Position numbers and translations under genes: made by a program | Notes under the pieces: model-generated | Database searches by the model: none | Told to the model about the DNA's origin: nothing | What the model saw: the letters and a program-made list of their open reading frames with translations, nothing else | Shown: positions 1-7,384 of the stretch, piece by piece | Position numbering within the stretch: the stretch's first letter is position 1 | How the letters are laid out: each line of letters opens with the position of its first letter | Assembly: GCA_964035545.1 (NCBI GenBank) | Contig: CAXIUT010000004.1 | Coordinates: forward strand, 1-47,478 | Origin: Bugula neritina | Taxonomy: Eukaryota > Animalia > Bryozoa | Direction: 5' to 3' | DNA length: 47,478 nt

Positions 1-340
1 AAGCCATCTGGAAAACAACGGTTTCACAGTGAAAGCCAACGACGTTGGCAATATGCTGGAATATAAAAAACGGGCCAAATTAGGTGCCGGTATGGGGTCT
101 TGTCATACCGCATTTGTTGACGGTTATGCGGTCGAAGGGCATGTCCCCGCAAAAGACATAAAACGCATGTTACTGGAAAAACCGGATATTTCCGGTATTA
201 CCGTACCGCGTATGCCAATGGGTTCACCCGGTATGGAAGTTCCAGGCCGGGAAGCCGATGCCTTTCAGGTAATCAGCTATAAAGACGGCGAGGAAACGGG
301 GGTATTTACAGACTACCCCGCCGGATCTGTTTTCAAATGA
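1..340 (+). CDS. DUF411/CopG-like periplasmic metal-binding protein, 5'-truncated at window edge (full copy 40970..41503)
   Basis: SCHTA..GYAVEGHVP and MPMGSPGME motifs; identical to the 3' part of 40970..41503. Confidence 0.9.
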   Translation, partial: SHLENNGFTVKANDVGNMLEYKKRAKLGAGMGSCHTAFVDGYAVEGHVPAKDIKRMLLEKPDISGITVPRMPMGSPGMEVPGREADAFQVISYKDGEETGVFTDYPAGSVFK

Positions 341-759
341 CACAGCTGAAACACCATTCTATTTTGCTGCTGAGCGCATTAGTGCTGAGCGGCTGTTTCA
401 AAGAAGAACGTTGGTATACGGACAGCCAGGTGACAGCGGGTAAGGCTTTGTTTGAAACGAACTGTATGAGCTGTCACGGCGTTAAAGCAGCGGGACTTGG
501 GGAAGACTGGGAAAAAAAATTACCTGGGTTCCCGGCTAAACCACCTGCCCTGAATGGCTCAGCGCATGCCTGGCACCATCCAACGAAAGTGTTGTTGTAC
601 ACCATCAATGAAGGTGGTGCGTCGATAGGGGGCAAGATGCCCGCGTTTGGTGACAGTCTGAGTCAGGAAGAGAAGCTGGCAATTATTGCCTATTTCCAAA
701 ATTTCTGGGACGACGAGACCTATGGCATTTGGAAACAAGTTGATGAGCAAAACCCGTAA
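337..759 (+). CDS. Monoheme cytochrome c lipoprotein
   Basis: Lipobox LSGC, CMSCH heme motif, PPALNGSAHAWHH, distal Met in GKMPAF; ATGA overlap with upstream gene. Confidence 0.9.
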   Translation: MTQLKHHSILLLSALVLSGCFKEERWYTDSQVTAGKALFETNCMSCHGVKAAGLGEDWEKKLPGFPAKPPALNGSAHAWHHPTKVLLYTINEGGASIGGKMPAFGDSLSQEEKLAIIAYFQNFWDDETYGIWKQVDEQNP

Positions 760-780
760 CCCAAACAAGCAGGAAGAATC

Positions 781-1521
781 ATGACAAAAAAAGCAGAGCT
801 ATACCGAATGATGACAGGTGACCACATCTGCCCTTTTGGTATTAAAGCAAAGGATTTATTAGCGCGTGAAGGTTATGAGGTAGTAGATCACCCTCTCAGC
901 AGTGCTGAAGAAACCGAGGCTTTCAGAGAGAAACATGGGGTGAAAACAACACCGCAAGCCTTTATCGAGGGTAAGCGTATCGGTGGTTACGATGATCTGG
1001 TCAAGCATTTCGGTAAAAAGACGCTCAAGCAGGAAGGCACCACCTATCAGCCGATTATCGCTATCTTTGGTACAACCCTCTTAATGGCTTTCGCAGTGAC
1101 CTATTTGGCAACGGGAGGATTAAGCCTGCTCATGGTTGCAGAACAATTTATTGCTATCAGCATGTGTGTGCTGGGCATTATGAAACTGCGCGATCTCTAT
1201 GCTTTTTCCAATCAGTTTGTGACTTACGACTTACTGGCTATGCGCTGGGTGCGTTACGCGTATATCTACCCGTTTGTCGAAACAGGTGCAGGTATTTTAA
1301 TGGTTGCCGGGGCGCTCACATGGCTATCAGCACCCGCTGCATTATTCATTGGTGCGATTGGCGGAATTTCAGTACTTAAAGCCGTGTATGTCGAGAAGCG
1401 CGAGTTGAAATGTGCCTGTGTGGGTGGTGATAGCAGCGTACCGCTTGGATTTATTTCACTTACCGAAAATGTGATGATGGTGGCTATGGCCGTATGGATG
1501 TTGGTGAAAAATGGGATGTGA
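781..1521 (+). CDS. Glutaredoxin-like domain fused to MauE/DoxX-type membrane domain
   Basis: CPFG, TTPQAFI..IGGYDDL glutaredoxin motifs; TM helices with YPFVE and CACVGG MauE motif. Confidence 0.88.
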   Translation: MTKKAELYRMMTGDHICPFGIKAKDLLAREGYEVVDHPLSSAEETEAFREKHGVKTTPQAFIEGKRIGGYDDLVKHFGKKTLKQEGTTYQPIIAIFGTTLLMAFAVTYLATGGLSLLMVAEQFIAISMCVLGIMKLRDLYAFSNQFVTYDLLAMRWVRYAYIYPFVETGAGILMVAGALTWLSAPAALFIGAIGGISVLKAVYVEKRELKCACVGGDSSVPLGFISLTENVMMVAMAVWMLVKNGM

Positions 1522-1559
1522 TGTGAAGATGCTTAATGGTTCCAAGGATTGAGACAACA

Positions 1560-1970
1560 TCACCCAAAAAATCCAATCACCGGCATCACTTCCTGTGGCA
1601 CCCGCCCAGTAGCCACCAACAAGCGCCGCCAAACCCCAAATGGTGGCCGCTCTTCACCTGTTTTATAAGCCCGCAACCGGCGCACACCATTCTTCTTATT
1701 AAGCCCCAGAAACTCAGCAATAGCCTTATCTGACGTGTAAGACGAATGCCTTTTAAACTGCTCCAGATAAGCACAAATAATATCCGGATGCGGCGGCTTC
1801 CACCTATCCTCAGGCAACAGATGCTCATTACTGTACTGCGACTCATCCAACGCCAAATCCTTAATCACCGGCGCTTGCAGATTCTGCCGCAGCTGCTCAA
1901 TCGCTGCGTTCGTTGCCTGCTCAAACACAAACCGCTTTTGCGCTTCCATGTTTGGGATCTTAATTTCCAT
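1560..1970 (-). CDS. KorC-like HTH regulator with N-terminal extension
   Basis: C-terminal part (RWKPP..AIAEFLGLNKKNGVRRLRAYKTGEERPPFGVWRRL) resembles IncP KorC as I recall it; purine-rich RBS AAGGGGTAGAGG. Confidence 0.65.
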   Translation of the reverse strand: MEIKIPNMEAQKRFVFEQATNAAIEQLRQNLQAPVIKDLALDESQYSNEHLLPEDRWKPPHPDIICAYLEQFKRHSSYTSDKAIAEFLGLNKKNGVRRLRAYKTGEERPPFGVWRRLLVATGRVPQEVMPVIGFFG

Positions 1971-1985
1971 CCTCTACCCCTTGAG

Positions 1986-2013
1986 AAAAGAGGGGCATTA
2001 GCCCCGCTTTTTT
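1986..2013. terminator. Probable bidirectional intrinsic terminator
   Basis: AAAAGAGGGGC-ATTA-GCCCCGCTTTTTT hairpin with A and T tails. Confidence 0.55.
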
Positions 2014-2299
2014 AAGTCATTAATAACGCGATATTCCGCACATCCTCAGTACGGATATGCACCAGGCTCAACGAGCCAACCGCCAACGGTCGCCACTGAC
2101 CAACCTGGTGCAAATGCATAAACACATAATACAGATAATCCGGCAAGATAAGGCCGGTGTCCTCAACCCTTACCCCAATATGATACGGTGAGAAAGTACG
2201 GGAAGGCTCCCCCACAGACTCAATCCCACCCCGACGCGTCAGCCAGAAATCGGCCCCCACAAAATCCGTGCGCACCTGCGCCACATCCTTTAATCGCAT
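2012..2299 (-). CDS. Small hypothetical protein resembling a type I R-M HsdS target-recognition domain fragment
   Basis: MRLKDVAQV..., RRG...VG, ILPDYLYY, GS..HIRTEDVRNI pattern typical of TRD-fold proteins. Confidence 0.6.
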   Translation of the reverse strand: MRLKDVAQVRTDFVGADFWLTRRGGIESVGEPSRTFSPYHIGVRVEDTGLILPDYLYYVFMHLHQVGQWRPLAVGSLSLVHIRTEDVRNIALLMT

Positions 2300-2371
2300 G
2301 TGAAATACCCGAGGTCATAACTAGCCATCTGAAACCAGCGACTTTCTGTAGACCACAAGTAATATTATATT

Positions 2372-2427
2372 AAAAATCAATAACTTAGACCACATAAACC
2401 CGACATAAGGCATTGATTTTATTAGCT
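2372..2427. promoter_or_regulatory. Inverted pair of IHF-like sites in AT-rich DNA upstream of the 2299 gene
   Basis: AATCAATAACTTA matches WATCAANNNNTTR; TAAGGCATTGATT is an inverted match. Confidence 0.5.
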
Positions 2428-2448
2428 AAAAATTCCCCTCATTCTGGC

Positions 2449-4110
2449 CCCGTCCAGCACCGAACCATCAGAAAGCCAGCGCAGCGCTTTGGCTTTGTGT
2501 TGGGCGGTACTGGTACGGCAGCACTCAGTTTCTAAATCATTAGCGCGGGAGCGTGTCCGATCACAATCCGGACACGCTCATGTAAACCAAGCTTTTTTCT
2601 TTTGATCTTCTGCGCGTAGCGCCCAAACACCGCGCCCTGCGCACCGCACCGGTTTTCGCGAAGGGAGCGCAGCTCTACCCGTCGAAAGAGCTCAGCGCAG
2701 CGACCGCGAAGCGACAAAACCAAGGCGGCGCGGGGAGTAGACACCAACAGCCACGACCGCAGCGTTAAAACAATCCGTGTTCCAACCGCGCCGCAGCTTC
2801 ATCGCGGGGCAATAGGGCGGAACGCTTACGGTTTGTTTTCACGCGGAGAGAGCGACCGGCCCGACACCCGCACCAGGCAATTAAAGGCCGCCGCCACGAC
2901 CGCAACGTATCCCGCGAAGGGAGCGCAGCGACACCGCCGGGAGATCACCCGCGCAGCGACCACAAAAGGAGGCGCACGGGGGTTATCAGATAGGCACCAC
3001 CCGCACCCGCCGACATTGCGTAGAGCCGCGCCCAAACGAGCGAGGCCACCGGAGCCGTTACCGCAGCGACGGACTTAGGCCGCGTTTCGCCTGTCCCGCT
3101 CGCTGTTTAGCGGGGCAAGCCAGGCGAAACAAACCAGCGGCTTTAGTCCGACGCGGAGGGAACGAGCGCAGGGGGCAGAGTGAGAGCGGGCGCGGATCGG
3201 AGCAATAACAGACTAACCAGGTAAGGCGCACCGTTGGCCCTGTTGTTGCCTGCGTATAGGGTGGAGCCTGCGGAACCGTATTAAGCGAGCAAGAACCGGG
3301 ACAATGTGCGCATCACTCATGGGGAAATTTTACATAATAAAACTTTTCACGACTTTAGCCCCAAGCCGTACGGTCGGCGCGGGGCTAATGGCGTGACAAA
3401 GTCTATTATGTAACTTTTACCCATTCCTTAGCGTTCCAGAGCAGTACCAGGTACACCGACGCACCAGATCACATAAAACATAGCCCTGGCGTCCGGCTTG
3501 CTTTGGCAGGGGCAAGCATCATTTGGATATAAAAATATCCGGTTGCGCCTGACAAAATGCAAGCCGGATGCCAGGGCGAATTAACTGCGCTTCTGCGGCA
3601 AAATCTCCCCGGCACGGCGGCTGCGCAATACCACAGCCATCTGATCCGGTATGGCCTGCAAAACCGTCCAGTACGCACCATCTACCATCAGGGCACACAC
3701 TACCAGTACCCTCTAATCCTCTGCCAAACCCAAAAACAACAGCGCCAGATACACCACCAGAACAGCAGGAACAGCAGGAACAGCAGGAACAGCAGGAACA
3801 GCAGGAACAGCAGGAACAGCAGGAACAGCAGGAACAGCAACAGGATGGCATTGCAACTGCGTCAACAACAACCACTATGGCCATGCGTCGCGATTAGGGC
3901 TTTTAGCCGGTGGAGCGCAGCGGAACCGGTTTAAAGACCAAAGCGCGTAAGCATCACGGCTTTTCATTCCGTTTCGGTTTTCTTTTGGCGCAGCCAGAAG
4001 ATAGCCGGGACGGAATGTTGATGAATGCTGGCTTGTGTGGAGCTTGCGGAACAGAAGCCCTCTTAACTAAAGCGGCGCGATACACCCTATACCACAGCCG
4101 CCAGGTACCC
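2449..4110 (+). other. Gene-poor, GC-rich tract of long hairpins; candidate single-strand origin/ssi-like region
   Basis: Hairpins at about 2449-2518, 2549-2579, 3070-3150, 3202-3249, 3319-3424, 3483-3577, 3897-3939; repeated GCGCAGC/GCGAAGC mini-hairpins. Confidence 0.6.
3760..3840 (+). repeat. 9-bp tandem repeat (GAACAGCAG) x9
   Basis: 8 exact copies plus GAACAGCAA. Confidence 0.95.
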
Positions 4111-4211
4111 AGAATCCGCTAAGAGCCTTTTCTAATATAACTTTTATAGTATTGGAATTTACAATTCGACCTGCTAGCTTCATAGACTCTATCCATCAAC
4201 TTGATACGCAA

Positions 4212-4829
4212 ATGAATTTATCTAAAAAAGTACTTATCCTTTCCATTGTCTTTGTAGCGGGCACAGCTGCATCATTCGCCTATCATCACAAAGAAAGTGG
4301 GTACTCAAGTTATGAGGAAATGCATAAAGCACATCATGGTGATTCAAACATGTCTGGTAAACATCATCAGCAAAATCATCACCAACATGACATGGTTAGA
4401 ATGCCTGGATTACAGGGCAAAGACACGACAGAACAAGAAGTTCAGGATCTCAAAACTATATTCATTTCTCACAAAGGCATTCAACGTGAGGTTACTAATC
4501 TTCCAAACGGCATTAAATCAACAACTGAAGCAGATGACCCAACACTTAAAACCGCAATTATTACTCATGTCACTATGATGGTCTCACGGCTTCAAGAAGG
4601 AAGAAATCCTGAAGTCATCATCCAGTCACCAACATTAAGCGCTTTATTTGATGTTCATCAAGAGATTGAAACTGAAATTGAGATGACTGAAAAAGGAGTA
4701 ACAGTCACACAGACATCTTCAAATCCAAAAGTCGTTCAACTTTTACAAACACATGCTGCCGAAGTAAGTGATATGTCAAAGAGAGGAATGCAAGCAGTTC
4801 ATGAACGAATGAGTCGCGAATCTCATTAA
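4212..4829 (+). CDS. Exported His/Met-rich hypothetical protein, probable metal-binding
   Basis: Signal peptide MNLSKKVLILSIVFVAGTAASFA; HKAHHGD...HHQQNHHQHDM; ATG at 4212 preferred over TTG at 4152. Confidence 0.8.
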   Translation: MNLSKKVLILSIVFVAGTAASFAYHHKESGYSSYEEMHKAHHGDSNMSGKHHQQNHHQHDMVRMPGLQGKDTTEQEVQDLKTIFISHKGIQREVTNLPNGIKSTTEADDPTLKTAIITHVTMMVSRLQEGRNPEVIIQSPTLSALFDVHQEIETEIEMTEKGVTVTQTSSNPKVVQLLQTHAAEVSDMSKRGMQAVHERMSRESH

Positions 4830-5087
4830 AGCACGGAGCTAACTGTTTATTAGAGCTAAATAATCATTAAATAACTTAGGCTTGCAAAATATCAATTTTA
4901 ACGGACGGTTTTGCTGCCCCTTTGTTTTCATGCTTCGCGGTTTGTTCTGTGCGGTAAGCGCGCAATTTTACCTGTAACAGGATTTTGGTGAACAAGGCAG
5001 TACAACAGCCTTAAAGCTGTTTGATTATTGCCCAATACTGAGGTAGTTTCCTTCATCTGAGTTCATCAGAAAGCAAGGCAATCCGCA

Positions 5088-5744
5088 ATGATGGTATACC
5101 TGAAAATCAGGCGTTCAAAAAGCCAGATACGCGCGACCGGTTTGCGCTATGCAACCCCGATAGTGATCACGAAAACCGCTAAATACGGTGATGTACTAAG
5201 TGAAAGAGTGATTTCCATTAAAAAACCGATACTGATTACTGGTGAGCCGGATTCAGGTAAAACCCGCTGGCTCAATCGCTTGCATAAACATGCAGTAGAG
5301 ATTTGGGGATTTAAAAGTAAATCTGAGCCACTGTGGCTGGAGGCACGGCAACCAGTGGTGGAATGGTTTAAAGCACCTGCGGTAAAAATCTGGTGGCGAC
5401 AACAGCAGAAAACACGCCCGGAGTCTGAACGCCAAACCTGGACATCACTCAACCATAAGGAACGCTCACAGGTATTAGTGGATTACTGCAAAGGTACCGG
5501 GGCAGTCGTCTTTCTTGATGATGCACATAAACTGGGTGGCTCGGCGCTGACACTGGCAAAGCAATGCATAGCGGCAGCACGGGTATGGGTTGTCGCTGCT
5601 TATCGGGAGCCACATATTCCAGCGCAGTTACTGGAGACAATGGAGAACACTTCAACACAACGCTTTGAGTTGTATTTTTTTCCTAAAGCACAGCGGATCT
5701 ATCGAACCGATAAGCCTGTGTTTGCTGAAACACCGCCCAACTAA
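5088..5744 (+). CDS. P-loop NTPase, soluble paralog of 6656..7384
   Basis: Walker A GEPDSGKT, Walker B VVFLDDAH; collinear with the 6656 protein but lacks the C-terminal hydrophobic tail. Confidence 0.8.
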   Translation: MMVYLKIRRSKSQIRATGLRYATPIVITKTAKYGDVLSERVISIKKPILITGEPDSGKTRWLNRLHKHAVEIWGFKSKSEPLWLEARQPVVEWFKAPAVKIWWRQQQKTRPESERQTWTSLNHKERSQVLVDYCKGTGAVVFLDDAHKLGGSALTLAKQCIAAARVWVVAAYREPHIPAQLLETMENTSTQRFELYFFPKAQRIYRTDKPVFAETPPN

Positions 5745-6346
5745 ACCTCAACTTTGCGCCGTTCAATCCACTCATAAAGCGTACTGGGTGAACAATCCAC
5801 CAGCTTACAAATAGCCCGTTTGCTGATCCCGAGTTCCAAATATTTGCGGATCTCCTTGCTCTTATTATCCAACTTTACCCGCTTAGCTTTACCCTTTGGC
5901 CGCCCCAAAACCATGCCTTCAGCCTTGCGTTTTGCCAGTGCTTCCTTAGTCCGCATCGAGATAAATTCGCGCTCAATCTCAGCCGCTAAACCCAAAACTG
6001 TCGCCGTGATTCTGGAGTTTAACGAGTCATCAAATACCATGTTCTGCTTCACGATATGCACGACAAATTCACGCTCCGCGCAGTAGGCTAACACCTCTAA
6101 AATTTGCAGTACGGAACGTGCCATTCTGGAGACTTCCGCAAACAAGATTGTGTCACCTGGCTGCATGGTTTTGGTCAGCAGCTCACCCATTTTTCTATCC
6201 TTCCAATTGGTCTTACCTGAGGCGTTATCTTCCACAAATTGCAGGCCTCCCAAATTATGCGTATTTGCATATTCGAGAATTCCGTGGCGTTGATTATCAA
6301 CGTCCTGATCATCAGTACTCACGCGCAAATAGGCATACACTCCCAT
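5741..6346 (-). CDS. Serine recombinase (resolvase/invertase, Mpi-like subgroup)
   Basis: AYLRVSTDDQ catalytic Ser, SRMARS, AEIEREFISMRTKEAL..GRPKG, C-terminal HTH. Confidence 0.95.
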   Translation of the reverse strand: MGVYAYLRVSTDDQDVDNQRHGILEYANTHNLGGLQFVEDNASGKTNWKDRKMGELLTKTMQPGDTILFAEVSRMARSVLQILEVLAYCAEREFVVHIVKQNMVFDDSLNSRITATVLGLAAEIEREFISMRTKEALAKRKAEGMVLGRPKGKAKRVKLDNKSKEIRKYLELGISKRAICKLVDCSPSTLYEWIERRKVEV

Positions 6347-6655
6347 TGTCCTACACTTCCCTAAGTTGTTTAAAAAATATTCAGCTTATACTATCTCATA
6401 AACGTTTGATTTTTAAAGTATGAAAACCAACTGCTATAACCGCTGGTTATTTTCCAACAAAATACCTGCTTGTTTTTTAAGCATTGTTACGTTATATTTT
6501 TACCCCCTTTCAGAGTCTGCGATTCAACTCTGAACGCGTCCAGCTAAAACAATGATTTAGCGGATGGGGCTATGTGTAATCATTAAAAAATATACCCTCT
6601 GGGTACATGAGTTTCGAGCGGGGGCCGGAATTCATCAAAAGGGCTTAATACCAAC

Positions 6656-7384
6656 ATGGAATACCTAAAAATCAAGCGTGCCCAAAGTCAGGTGCGTGCG
6701 GATGGTTCACGCTATGCCGTCCCGCTGCTGATTTCCAAAACTAAGAAGTACGGCAAGGTCACCAGCGAACAAGCTATCTCACGCAAAAAACCGATTCTCA
6801 TCACCGGCGCACACGACTCCGGAAAGACACGCTGGGTCACTCGCCTGCATGAACACGCCACCGAAATTTGGGGCGCAAAAATCAAAGCACCCCCGGTGTT
6901 TCTCGACACCCTCAGTCCGCTCTCAGCATGGTGCGATAATCCCGCCGTTGGCGAGTGGTGGAACGAAGAACAACAGAAGCTTCCCCTCGATGATCGACTG
7001 CCCTGGAAAAAGCTCAAACAACACGAACGTTCCGATGCGCTCGCGAGCTACTGCAAAACCAAACAGCCCGTCCTGTTCATCGACGATGCGCACAAGCTCG
7101 TGGGTAGAAAATTACAAATAGCCCGCCAGTGCGTCATGGCTACCCGCCTCACGGTGGTAGCAACCTCAGAAGAACAACGTCTCCCCCCTAACCTGCGCCC
7201 GGTACTACTGCGGCGCGACCCCCAGATTTTCAGACTTGATTCAGAGGTTGCTTATGACGCCACTCACATTCTCATGTGGTTTATTCTTATTTCTTGCCTC
7301 GCCATCGGTTGGTGGGAAGCTGCGCTGGTTATCGGTGGCCTTAAAGCACTTGGCAATGGTCGCCGTGCTGCTCGTGCCGATTGA
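6656..7384 (+). CDS. P-loop NTPase (AAA-like) with C-terminal membrane anchor
   Basis: Walker A GAHDSGKT, Walker B VLFIDDAH, hydrophobic tail ILMWFILISCLAIGWWEAALVIGGL. Confidence 0.85.
   Translation: MEYLKIKRAQSQVRADGSRYAVPLLISKTKKYGKVTSEQAISRKKPILITGAHDSGKTRWVTRLHEHATEIWGAKIKAPPVFLDTLSPLSAWCDNPAVGEWWNEEQQKLPLDDRLPWKKLKQHERSDALASYCKTKQPVLFIDDAHKLVGRKLQIARQCVMATRLTVVATSEEQRLPPNLRPVLLRRDPQIFRLDSEVAYDATHILMWFILISCLAIGWWEAALVIGGLKALGNGRRAARAD

Larger units (their letters stand above)
1..6315. repeat. Direct terminal repeat, copy 1 (recurs at 41164..47478); probable circular-contig overlap
   Basis: Sequence AAGCCATCTGG at position 1 recurs at 41164; every ORF in 1..6315 recurs with offset 41163 and the same translation. 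Confidence 0.97.

Noticed and set aside
1991-2007. KorC-operator-like palindrome upstream of the KorC-like gene, sharing a 12-mer with 3379-3390
   Set aside because: Only a partial match to TAGGGCA-N3-TGCCCTA, better explained as a terminator; a 12-mer match can occur by chance
2532-3078. Short ORFs in the GC-rich tract (71, 69, 81 aa)
   Set aside because: Low-complexity Arg/Ala/Pro translations expected from GC-rich structured DNA
3519-3884. Cys-rich (CCS)n metallothionein-like ORF on the minus strand
   Set aside because: Antisense translation of the 9-bp VNTR; no supporting RBS or family features
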